A DNA stretch of 41,268 nucleotides, taken from positions 1 to 41,268 of the IMG/VR virus record IMGVR_UViG_3300036859_000155. One strand, written 5' to 3'. Positions within the stretch are counted from its first letter, which is position 1, and the number at the start of each line of letters is the position of its first letter. The position numbers were made by a program, and so were the translations under genes. The notes beneath the pieces are model-generated. The model searched no databases. It was given only the letters and a program-made list of their open reading frames with translations, and was not told where the DNA came from. This document shows, one piece after another, positions 34,009-41,268 of the stretch. The stretch is from a virus. Lineage: Duplodnaviria; Caudoviricetes.

Positions 34009-34599
34009 ATGGCTAAGGTCACGTTCGAAGACCTGGTACAGGGGCTTGCCACGGCCATCGGGAACGTATGGGCGGCGGAGTGGGGACGGGCTGATTTTTG
34101 CTATACTCTGACCAAGCATTTCGACAAGAAGCAACTCAACGTCCTCGCGGGACAGGTAGGTCGCTCACACCAAGATTTGTATCGTTGGTCACGGCTGGCC
34201 GAGAGATTTCCGCCCGAGACAAGAGCGCAGGATAGATCGCCGCGCGAGCACGCGCGCTGGATGCGAGAGGAGATGAAGCGTGAGGGTCCGGCGCAGGTAC
34301 TCGATAAGGGGAAAGGATTGGAAAGTCCAACGGATCAGACTTCCAGTAAGGGTGTCGTCCGAAATAGACTGGCCGAGCAAGACCATCTCGCTCAACCTGG
34401 ACGAACCGGAAGACTCCGAAGCTCTGATTCACGAACTCCTGCACGCGGTACTCGAAAGGGCAAAGGATCAAAGGGAGCCGCACTACACCTGGGAGTTCAG
34501 CCACAACGGCCTCGCAAAGCTCGTCCACAGGATGTACCGCCTTCTGACGACCGGGACCGACCAATTTCCGAAGCCCCGCTCGTGAGGATGCGCCCATGA
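34009..34599 (+). CDS. Hypothetical protein; C-terminal half overlaps next gene
   Basis: RBS aggag before MAKVTF; HTH-like LAGQVGRSHQDLYRW. Confidence 0.55.
   Translation: MAKVTFEDLVQGLATAIGNVWAAEWGRADFCYTLTKHFDKKQLNVLAGQVGRSHQDLYRWSRLAERFPPETRAQDRSPREHARWMREEMKREGPAQVLDKGKGLESPTDQTSSKGVVRNRLAEQDHLAQPGRTGRLRSSDSRTPARGTRKGKGSKGAALHLGVQPQRPRKARPQDVPPSDDRDRPISEAPLVRMRP
34280..34585 (+). CDS. Small HEXXH metallopeptidase-like protein
   Basis: EALIHELLHAV; RBS gaggag. Confidence 0.7.
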   Translation: MRVRRRYSIRGKDWKVQRIRLPVRVSSEIDWPSKTISLNLDEPEDSEALIHELLHAVLERAKDQREPHYTWEFSHNGLAKLVHRMYRLLTTGTDQFPKPRS

Positions 34600-35039
34600 A
34601 ATTTTTCGAAAAATCGAACGAGCCTATCGAGATTCGCGTAAGCGATAAGCGGGGAAAATCTCGGGACAAGGGGGAAGTTCTAGCCAGCCCCCAAGAACCT
34701 GTTGGGGTAGACGACAGTGAACCCCTTCCCGAGATTCCCCCTCCGCCACAGCACCCATTCGCCCAGGGCGAACAGATTCCCCTAAAGGGTGTATGGTGGT
34801 TGGTGGTTGACATTGGGGAGCGTGGTGAGGTAGTCTTGGCCCCGATAGGCTTGACCGACAAGACCCGCCGCAAGGTCGAGGAGGCTAGACGCCATGCCGA
34901 CCGAAATCAGGCTAAAGGCAAAGTACCGAGAGCGAAAGACCTTCAAGAAGAACGCCTACAAGACAAGAACCGGCAACAGCACTGGGGTTCAAAAGATGTC
35001 CAAGGCGGCGCGCAAGGCAATCGGAAGGGGGCTGCGTAA
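34596..35039 (+). CDS. Hypothetical protein
   Basis: ORF with RBS gagg. Confidence 0.55.
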   Translation: MKFFEKSNEPIEIRVSDKRGKSRDKGEVLASPQEPVGVDDSEPLPEIPPPPQHPFAQGEQIPLKGVWWLVVDIGERGEVVLAPIGLTDKTRRKVEEARRHADRNQAKGKVPRAKDLQEERLQDKNRQQHWGSKDVQGGAQGNRKGAA

Positions 35040-35043
35040 GTGA
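34894..35043 (+). CDS. Highly basic 49-aa peptide overlapping upstream ORF
   Basis: RBS gaggagg; MPTEIRLKAKYRERKTFKK...GLRK; GTGA coupling to next gene. Confidence 0.55.
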   Translation: MPTEIRLKAKYRERKTFKKNAYKTRTGNSTGVQKMSKAARKAIGRGLRK

Positions 35044-35174
35044 AGCATCCATTCATGCTGGCGTTTGGAGTGTTCAATATCGCTGTTGCTTTCGTTGGTC
35101 CGTGGGATAACTGGTCTATCCTCAATATTATCGGTGGACCCGCCCTCATTCTCCTCGCGGTGTTCGACAGATGA
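35040..35174 (+). CDS. Small two-TM membrane peptide, 44 aa
   Basis: MKHPFMLAFGVFNIAVAFVGPW...; coupled on both sides. Confidence 0.6.
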   Translation: MKHPFMLAFGVFNIAVAFVGPWDNWSILNIIGGPALILLAVFDR

Positions 35175-35338
35175 GTTCCCACTGCTGTGTCTGCGCCGGA
35201 ATCTGCTCCCATACGGGCCGCCCCCCTCAATTCTGTGATAACCATTCGCCAGGTTTCTTGCGGCGCATCCCTCAATATCCCGACCCGCCCGTCAAGCTTG
35301 TTCCCAACTATTGCCCGAACTACGGGACCAAGCTGTGA
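35171..35338 (+). CDS. Small Cys-rich protein, 55 aa
   Basis: MSSHCCVCAGICSH...YCPNYG; ATGA/GTGA coupling. Confidence 0.5.
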   Translation: MSSHCCVCAGICSHTGRPPQFCDNHSPGFLRRIPQYPDPPVKLVPNYCPNYGTKL

Positions 35339-36114
35339 CCGAAGAGACGCGCATCTGTCGTTGTGGCTGCGGCTCTCTCTTCGAGACGAAGGACGCCCGC
35401 AAGATTTTCGCCAATAAGCAACATGCGGATCGTTCCCGCAACGCGGAATACAGTCAGCCTCGCATCATCACCTGGGCAACCATTGACGAATTGCGCCACT
35501 TCTCCAAACTGGACGACATTGGACGGAGTAAGGTACTCCTGGGTAAAACCAAGTTCTCGGTGGTGATGTTTGACATCGAGGCAACGCATCTCACCGCCAA
35601 TGTGGGCCGCATTCTCTGCTGCTCGTTCAAGCCTATCGGAAAGCCCGTCTATACGCTCTCGGCACAGGACTTCCGACGCGCTGATGTCTACGATGACTCC
35701 CGCCTCGCCGCCGCTATCAGAGATGAGTTGGAGAGATATGACATCATCGTGGGTTGGAACAGCCGAGGGTTCGATATCAAGTATATCAATGCGCGCAACT
35801 TGCGAGTGGCGCAGCGCACCAAGAAGGCGCAGTATCACGTAGACGGGTTGTGGTCCTTCAAGACCAAGGCCGCTGCCTGGGCAGGGCTAAAGTCCGTTCA
35901 GCAGTTTATCGCCCCCGAAGCGCCTGGTAAGACTGCTATCAGGTGGGAACAGTGGATGAGGGCGCTTGGCTGGAACAAGAAACTGCGCGACGCCGCCATG
36001 AAGGAAATAGTTGCTCACTGTGAACGCGACGTGATAGTGTTGGAAGAAGTCTACCGAGTACTGGTAAAGAACAATGTGGTTCGTTCACTTAGGGTAGATG
36101 GAGGGATTCTGTGA
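35335..36114 (+). CDS. RNase H-like DEDD exonuclease (RNase_H_2/YprB-like)
   Basis: FDIEAT, VGWNSRGFD, HCERDV; N-terminal CxCGC. Confidence 0.85.
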   Translation: MTEETRICRCGCGSLFETKDARKIFANKQHADRSRNAEYSQPRIITWATIDELRHFSKLDDIGRSKVLLGKTKFSVVMFDIEATHLTANVGRILCCSFKPIGKPVYTLSAQDFRRADVYDDSRLAAAIRDELERYDIIVGWNSRGFDIKYINARNLRVAQRTKKAQYHVDGLWSFKTKAAAWAGLKSVQQFIAPEAPGKTAIRWEQWMRALGWNKKLRDAAMKEIVAHCERDVIVLEEVYRVLVKNNVVRSLRVDGGIL

Positions 36115-36380
36115 CTTTCGCTGAGCGCCTGCGAGAACTGGATGCTGCGGCAACGCCGGGACCGTGGGAACTCTTCGGCTGGGCTATCCCCGAACGCGAC
36201 GCCGACCTCATCGCCTTCCTCCGCAACCACGCCGCAGACATCGCCGACTTGGTAGAGGCGGCGGAGCGGCTGATTGGTGGGACGAGTCTTCGCACACAAA
36301 CAGGGGCCTCTGGCTTATCGTGGTCGGCTCTGCGCGACGCCCTCTCTCGCCTCAACGAGACAACCGAAGGGAGCGAGTGA
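36111..36380 (+). CDS. Ead/Ea22-like small protein
   Basis: ATPGPW...DADLIAFLRN. Confidence 0.65.
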   Translation: MTFAERLRELDAAATPGPWELFGWAIPERDADLIAFLRNHAADIADLVEAAERLIGGTSLRTQTGASGLSWSALRDALSRLNETTEGSE

Positions 36381-36381
36381 A

Positions 36382-36606
36382 GTGAGCGCGTATCGGATTG
36401 GCTGGATCCGCAATTACTCGCGAAGGCGAAGCGGTTGCCTCATGGAACCTCCCCACCGATGGTGGCGACGACCATTTTGCGGGCATCAGAAGATTCGCCG
36501 ACCTTGGCAGGCGGAGACAGATGGAGCCGCCCGCGCGTATCGAGCGTTCACGGCCGCTGGGGCAGAACGGAAGGCACAACGGAGAGCGAAGCGGGGCGCA
36601 TCGTGA
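36382..36606 (+). CDS. Basic hypothetical protein
   Basis: GTG start after upstream stop; GTGA coupling downstream. Confidence 0.5.
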   Translation: MSAYRIGWIRNYSRRRSGCLMEPPHRWWRRPFCGHQKIRRPWQAETDGAARAYRAFTAAGAERKAQRRAKRGAS

Positions 36607-36914
36607 ACCTCCTCGACCGCCTCGAAGCGGCCGAGAAGGAAGCTATAGAGAACCCGATAGAAGATGGGATCTCTAACTCGGAAGCACTCAATCGCACTAG
36701 GCTACAACAAAGGCGTTGCGCCCTCGCTCGCGATGCCCTGCCTCATCTCATAGCGGTAGCGCGTCTGGCTCAATGGTTTAGGGAGAACGTTTACCCACCC
36801 GACATCTTCCCGCCAGATCCACCGCATGACGGCGTTCGGGACATCGGCGCGGAAAAGGCCGGTGCTCTCAATGCCGTCCTCGCACCCCTGCTTTCCGAGG
36901 AGGAGAAGACATGA
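36603..36914 (+). CDS. Hypothetical protein
   Basis: MNLLDRLEAAE; coupled on both sides. Confidence 0.6.
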   Translation: MNLLDRLEAAEKEAIENPIEDGISNSEALNRTRLQQRRCALARDALPHLIAVARLAQWFRENVYPPDIFPPDPPHDGVRDIGAEKAGALNAVLAPLLSEEEKT

Positions 36915-37060
36915 GACGCTTCATGTGGTGGCCTCCATCGAAGCTGACTGAGCCGTGGATACCGAGAGTTTGGCGGGGTGGCGATGAGTATGGCCGTCCC
37001 TCCTTGTGCTTCACGATCCCGCCACTTGGCTGCTTCATCTTCTTTCGGAGGAAGCCATGA
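36911..37060 (+). CDS. Small hypothetical protein, 49 aa
   Basis: RBS gaggaggag; MRRFMWWPP...GGDEYGR. Confidence 0.6.
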   Translation: MRRFMWWPPSKLTEPWIPRVWRGGDEYGRPSLCFTIPPLGCFIFFRRKP

Positions 37061-37248
37061 CCGACGACGCCCGAGAAGCAGCAAGACGTGAATGTGACTT
37101 TTTTGATCGAACGCTGGAATGCGAGGAGCATTATCCGAGTCGTCCTGGTCTGTGTTCGAAAGCGACGAGGCGTCTTTGGGCCGAGTGTTATCGCTTGAAG
37201 GCGGAGAATAAGAAGTTGCGAAAGGAAGTGAGACTGCTCCGTGGATGA
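37057..37248 (+). CDS. Hypothetical protein
   Basis: RBS ggagg; MTDDAREAA. Confidence 0.6.
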   Translation: MTDDAREAARRECDFFDRTLECEEHYPSRPGLCSKATRRLWAECYRLKAENKKLRKEVRLLRG

Positions 37249-37377
37249 CGCGCGAGCAGCAGCGGAGCGGATTCTTGGCATCGAGTTCGGTCTGTATTGC
37301 CGCGTTTTGGGAGAACTGCCGAAGGAAGGAACACCGCTGTACGGGCGGAGATTCCGGGTATCAGAGGAGCGGGAAGA

Positions 37378-37680
37378 ATGAGAATTCGCTTGCTGGAGGG
37401 TGGCCCTTACGACGGACTTGAAATTGAGGTCGGACAACTTCCTGTGGTATGGGAAATGCCAGCGGCGCCACCGTCTCCACTCTTGCAAGAGAGTGCACAG
37501 CGCTACGTTCGCGTTGGTTGGATTCCTGGCGTGAAGAACGCCGTACAGTATCTCACGCCTCGCCAAAACGAGGAACTACACGAGCGTCCTGGCGGGCGTT
37601 CTCAGGCATATCACGGCAAGGGTGCCGCGGTTATGTACGTCCGAGAAGATCAGCTTGGGCTGGTCAGAAAGGTAGAGTGA
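37378..37680 (+). CDS. Hypothetical protein (GGPxDG motif)
   Basis: MRIRLLEGGPYDG; RBS gaggag. Confidence 0.6.
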   Translation: MRIRLLEGGPYDGLEIEVGQLPVVWEMPAAPPSPLLQESAQRYVRVGWIPGVKNAVQYLTPRQNEELHERPGGRSQAYHGKGAAVMYVREDQLGLVRKVE

Positions 37681-37681
37681 G

Positions 37682-38011
37682 ATGCCGTATATTCCCAATG
37701 ACAACATTCCAGCCGAAGACGGTCGATTGCTTGACCCTGATATTGAGAACCTTGCTTTCTCCATTCAGGGTCGAGCTAGCGTCTATGGTTATGACGGAGC
37801 CTATGCGGGCTTGCTCAATTACGCTATCTCCCGCGTGGCCGCGCTCGTTACTCCTGTTCGCCGTTATTGGGCACTCGACTTGACACATGGAACCTTGATT
37901 GATGCGGCAGCAGAGTTCCGTCGCCGAATCATTGTTCCCTACGAAGACGAGCAGATCGCCAAGAATGGCGATGTGCCGGAGTATCGCGTGGGCTCCAGGT
38001 TGCGTCCGTGA
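37682..38011 (+). CDS. DUF6899-like phage protein
   Basis: MPYI...GLLNYAI...EFRRR..PYED....NGDV. Confidence 0.7.
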   Translation: MPYIPNDNIPAEDGRLLDPDIENLAFSIQGRASVYGYDGAYAGLLNYAISRVAALVTPVRRYWALDLTHGTLIDAAAEFRRRIIVPYEDEQIAKNGDVPEYRVGSRLRP

Positions 38012-38205
38012 GGGGTCCGTCTCGATTCTGCCCCAAGTGCGAGTGTTACGGCATCACACTACGCTGCTGGAATTGCGGTTCCTCACTGCGCCACAAGAAC
38101 AAGATTCACCGTCCTAATTTCTCCACGAACGGAACGATGGTATGGACGGAGCCCCGGCCGAAGACACCGGCCAGGGCTCCAGAGGGGTCAAACAGGGAGA
38201 GCTAG
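38008..38205 (+). CDS. Small Zn-ribbon protein
   Basis: CPKC...CWNCG. Confidence 0.55.
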   Translation: MRGPSRFCPKCECYGITLRCWNCGSSLRHKNKIHRPNFSTNGTMVWTEPRPKTPARAPEGSNRES

Positions 38206-38227
38206 TCCCGCACCTGCTCGACGCGGA

Positions 38228-38365
38228 TCACTCGGACATCAACCTCGCGCTCAGTATTTCCTCATGGTCGGGACACAACCAGTAGCCCCAGCGTTGTGCG
38301 CTCCCTAACGCCGCTGGCTCGTCGCAGAATTCTCCCCCCTCTTCCGGGTACTCACACGTCTCCAT
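38228..38365 (-). CDS. Small Zn-finger-like protein
   Basis: RBS ggagg; METC...FC...LCPDH. Confidence 0.55.
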   Translation of the reverse strand: METCEYPEEGGEFCDEPAALGSAQRWGYWLCPDHEEILSARLMSE

Positions 38366-38654
38366 AGCCATCCTCCAGCGAAATAGAGGGCTGCGAGGGG
38401 CCTTGTGAGCGCCCCCGCCTCCCGTGTTCCGCATCCCGCACGATCCTAAAGCACTCCACCCCGCAGAAGTAAGGCCGGTCCTCCTCGAAATCCTTTTGTC
38501 TTATGTCAACCAACCTGTTACAGCCTTTGCGAGAGCAGCGGGGCGGGGACCATCCGGGCTTCTGTGCTGGCCGACGGTTCACCCCACCCCGCCGCTTCAC
38601 GCGGTCGGAGATTGCCTTGGCGAGAAGGCGATCTTCCTCAGTTTGCTTTCGCAT
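38352..38654 (-). CDS. Zn-finger-like hypothetical protein
   Basis: RBS ggaggagagg; CSRKGC...FCGVEC. Confidence 0.6.
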   Translation of the reverse strand: MRKQTEEDRLLAKAISDRVKRRGGVNRRPAQKPGWSPPRCSRKGCNRLVDIRQKDFEEDRPYFCGVECFRIVRDAEHGRRGRSQGPSQPSISLEDGYGDV

Positions 38655-38788
38655 ACCTCTCCTCCGCCAGTAACCATAGCAGAATCTTGACCTGGCGTCC
38701 ACGCCCTGCTACTTGGCTGCGATGGAGGGCTAACTCGACCTCGCGCGCCGAGCAACAACGACACTCCGTCTTACCTGATGGACATGGA

Positions 38789-38974
38789 TCAAACTTGATC
38801 TGCTTCACTCGGCCAATACCCCCAATCTCGCTCGAACATGAATCGGAACCCGAAAATCTTGACTGCCAAAGGCGAGCGTTTGAGTGTTGTGTCAACTCGC
38901 TGCCTTAGGCATTCAGGACAGTTCGGCTCAACGCATTGATCTAAACTCCTCGGATGCCATTGCTTTTGCTTCAT
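38789..38974 (-). CDS. Hypothetical protein
   Basis: TGATG coupling to upstream gene; competing frame 38638-38895 unresolved. Confidence 0.45.
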   Translation of the reverse strand: MKQKQWHPRSLDQCVEPNCPECLRQRVDTTLKRSPLAVKIFGFRFMFERDWGYWPSEADQV

Positions 38975-39222
38975 CAGTTCATTGATACACCCGGAGCCTG
39001 CGGCTTGTCAAGACCGGACGCTTTCTGAAATTGTCTTACCTGATCTGGCGTCACCGGCGCAAAGAAAATCGGGGCCACGAATAGGTGGGGACCGCATGAG
39101 TCGGGAATACCCGCCTCGCGTCCCGCCGCCAGCACTGATTCCGCTACCTCTTTCGTCGGGAACGGCCCCACACCCTCTTTGTGGTCCGAGCACACGATCA
39201 CGAAACCTATAACGCTCGCCAT
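38974..39222 (-). CDS. Hypothetical protein
   Basis: RBS aggagaggaggg before MASVIG. Confidence 0.6.
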   Translation of the reverse strand: MASVIGFVIVCSDHKEGVGPFPTKEVAESVLAAGREAGIPDSCGPHLFVAPIFFAPVTPDQVRQFQKASGLDKPQAPGVSMN

Positions 39223-39247
39223 AGTGGCGTCCCTCCTCTCCTGGTAA

Positions 39248-39314
39248 AGAGTACCATGCCGCATAATCGCTGGTCAATCTGCTCTTGACAGCGCTAATTC
39301 CCGTATGCTACCGT
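39248..39314. promoter_or_regulatory. Back-to-back divergent promoters
   Basis: Minus: TTGACC-18-TACTCT; plus: TTGACA-18-TACCGT; both TG-extended; -35 boxes 7 bp apart. Confidence 0.65.
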
Positions 39315-39340
39315 GGGGTTCCGTTCGAGAGGAGGTAGAA

Positions 39341-40216
39341 ATGTTGGTCAAGGATGACCTACAGTGGGACGTGGTGGAGACGGACACCGTCTCAGTCCAC
39401 GAGCATCAGTTCGACGGTTCCTGGAGGGACTGGAAAGCAGAGGGCTACAAGGCCATTGTGCGCCCCGACACAAAGTCAGTCCTGGGGATTCACAAGGCGC
39501 GGTATGAGCCTGTCTTCAACCGTGACCTACGCGAATTCGCCGAGATTGTCCAGGGTGAGTCCGGCGCATCCGTGGCTGGTTCCTGGTCGATCAAGGGTGG
39601 CGCAGTGGTTGGGCTTCAACTTCAGGATGGCACCTACGCCATGCCCGGCGACCCGAGCGACTACCAGGACTTCTTCGTCCTGGGCAACTCGTTCGACGGT
39701 AGCCTGCCTTTCTTGCTTCACCCGACACAAGTGCGTATCATCTGCCAGAACACGTTCTACCGGGCGCTGAGGGAGCGCAGCAAGGGGGGCCTGGGCTACG
39801 TCTTCAAGCACACCGCTGGTATCACCGCAAAGGTCAAGGAAGCGCAACAGGCGATTCAACTCGCCTACCAGGACCGACGCAAGTTCCTGGAGTGGGGCGA
39901 GAAGCTCTTGAAGACTCCCGCGAATCAGGAGTCCTTCGTCGCAGCGCTGATTCGGGACACGGAGTCAGAACTGGAAGCAGCACAACAGGCAGTCGAAGAG
40001 GCTCGCGAGACGCTGAGAGGAGTCATCGGTCGCGCAACGAACGACCATATCCGAGACTCGGCCTGGGGGCTCTTCAACGCAGGAGTTGAGTACCTTGACC
40101 ACTTCGAGAAGCGCCGCAACACCAAAAACGCAAAACAAGCGAAGATGCTTCGGACAATCGGCTTCACTGCCGAAAAGGCCAATCGCCTGAGGGGCGCGCT
40201 CGCGCTATCACTGTAG
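39341..40216 (+). CDS. DUF932/DUF945 (TIGR03299-like) phage/plasmid protein
   Basis: NSFDGS...VRIICQNT...KHT...AWGLFNAGVEYLDH; RBS ggaggt. Confidence 0.88.
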   Translation: MLVKDDLQWDVVETDTVSVHEHQFDGSWRDWKAEGYKAIVRPDTKSVLGIHKARYEPVFNRDLREFAEIVQGESGASVAGSWSIKGGAVVGLQLQDGTYAMPGDPSDYQDFFVLGNSFDGSLPFLLHPTQVRIICQNTFYRALRERSKGGLGYVFKHTAGITAKVKEAQQAIQLAYQDRRKFLEWGEKLLKTPANQESFVAALIRDTESELEAAQQAVEEARETLRGVIGRATNDHIRDSAWGLFNAGVEYLDHFEKRRNTKNAKQAKMLRTIGFTAEKANRLRGALALSL

Positions 40217-40229
40217 AAGGTTGGTGCGG

Positions 40230-40263
40230 TGGGGTCGGGGCCGCGAGAGCCCCGGCCCTCTCT
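40230..40263 (+). terminator. GC-rich hairpin terminator
   Basis: gggtcggggc-cgcgaga-gccccggccc followed by tctct. Confidence 0.6.
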
Positions 40264-40300
40264 GTCATCGTATTACCTGATCCGTGTGCCGGAGCACAAA

Positions 40301-40350
40301 CGACAATTCGGACAAACCCGACCTGGTCGGGACAAACCGGACAGACCTGG
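40301..40350. repeat. Second cluster of ~10-bp periodic GGACA motifs
   Basis: cgacaattcg gacaaacccg acctggtcgg gacaaaccgg acagacctgg. Confidence 0.65.
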
Positions 40351-40431
40351 GTGAATCTTCCAGATCGCCTAGTTCCTGGTAATACTACCAGTGTAATTAC
40401 GTCACTGTCAAAAGGCCCTGGTGACGCGCGC

Positions 40432-40461
40432 TTGACTCCTCTATAGGCGCCGTGTTTTACT
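40432..40461 (+). promoter_or_regulatory. Promoter of early operon
   Basis: TTGACT-18nt-TTTACT with TG extension. Confidence 0.55.
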
Positions 40462-40506
40462 TGCTTTCGCGAGGGAGGTCCCTCGCTAGGAGGGAGGGAA
40501 GCTTCC

Positions 40507-41247
40507 GTGGAATGCTCTTGTGAATGTCCCTGCTCATCGTGTTGCGAATGCGGCGCCCAACGACGTAGGCGCCCGGCAAACATAGGCGAGAAGACCTACG
40601 CGCTAGAACTAGGTCTTCGTCCGAACTTGAACATGGTACGTGCCTGCGCCAACTTTTACCTGCTAGAGATAATGTCGGCGCGCGGAGACGGACGCGCGGA
40701 GAGGAGTTTACGCACGCTTGAAAACGCGCTAGCGCGCGAATTCACCACGTACCTTGATATGGCGATTGGCGGAGAGTTACGTTACGCCTATAACTACCAG
40801 TTACAGCCGCCCGTTTACCTGCCGAAGAGTGGACGTGGCCGATGCTGGCGATTGTGGACTATCGCGCGTGCCGCGCAAGGTATCGACCTGATAAGGGAAG
40901 CGGAAACGACGTTCAATGGCGGGACGTGGCACCGAACCTTTGGCGGGCCGTCCTGGGCGGCAATTTGTAACGTCCTACACTCCTACCTAACGGGCCTAAT
41001 CCCTGTCAGGGTCTTTGTGGATAGGGTCTGGAACCTGGAACATAACTCAGGATGCGTGCTAAATAAACTCTACAGCGTCAGTGACCTGCCGCATGTACTC
41101 GCCGCGCACGGAAACGACGATTATGCCAGATTGCTTATCCATGCTAGTGAGTCTACTCGCGCGCTTTGGGCACTCATAGAGGAGGAAAATGCTAGCGCGC
41201 ATGATCCCGTTTGGTACGGCACTCAGGTTATCCCGCGCTACGCCTAA
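40507..41247 (+). CDS. Conserved phage protein of unknown function (W-x3-FGGxxW ... DxxxxLxHNxG)
   Basis: RBS aggaggaggg; Cys-rich N-terminus; GGELRY, FGGPSWAAI, FVDRVWNLEHNSG. Confidence 0.75.
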   Translation: MECSCECPCSSCCECGAQRRRRPANIGEKTYALELGLRPNLNMVRACANFYLLEIMSARGDGRAERSLRTLENALAREFTTYLDMAIGGELRYAYNYQLQPPVYLPKSGRGRCWRLWTIARAAQGIDLIREAETTFNGGTWHRTFGGPSWAAICNVLHSYLTGLIPVRVFVDRVWNLEHNSGCVLNKLYSVSDLPHVLAAHGNDDYARLLIHASESTRALWALIEEENASAHDPVWYGTQVIPRYA

Positions 41248-41268
41248 GCGGAGAGGAGGAAACGAATG
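41142..41268. repeat. Terminal direct repeat, copy 2
   Basis: Identical to 1-127. Confidence 0.95.

Overview
Apparently complete, circularly permuted ~41.1 kb tailed-phage genome; positions 1-127 are repeated at 41142-41268, which looks like an assembly overlap. The host is probably Actinomycetota (WhiB gene, high GC, 18-bp-spacer promoters, leaderless genes). The architecture is podovirus-like: TerL, portal, a 1688-aa ejection-type protein, scaffold, capsid, adaptor/nozzle and spike, with no tape measure. Layout: early module across the junction (DUF932, unknown GGxxW protein, PTP-like phosphatase), non-coding GGACA-repeat region, small-protein cluster, 15-tRNA array, packaging and structural genes, then a nucleotide/recombination module (Cas4-like, Hjc-like and RNase H-like nucleases, DUF4406-DUF5664, WhiB, amidase). 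I recognised no polymerase, primase, helicase or integrase. Most striking observations: (i) 14 tRNAs packed head-to-tail, almost all separated by a single C, many with shrunken D-arms and mispaired anticodon stems; (ii) an HNH mini-cassette flanked by a duplication of the tRNA-His 3' end, with its promoter inside a perfect inverted repeat; (iii) an in-frame UGA near the start of the portal gene; (iv) an ADP-ribosyltransferase-like domain inside the large virion protein; (v) a consensus antisense promoter with no ORF behind it. All family calls come from motif recognition by eye, not database searches.
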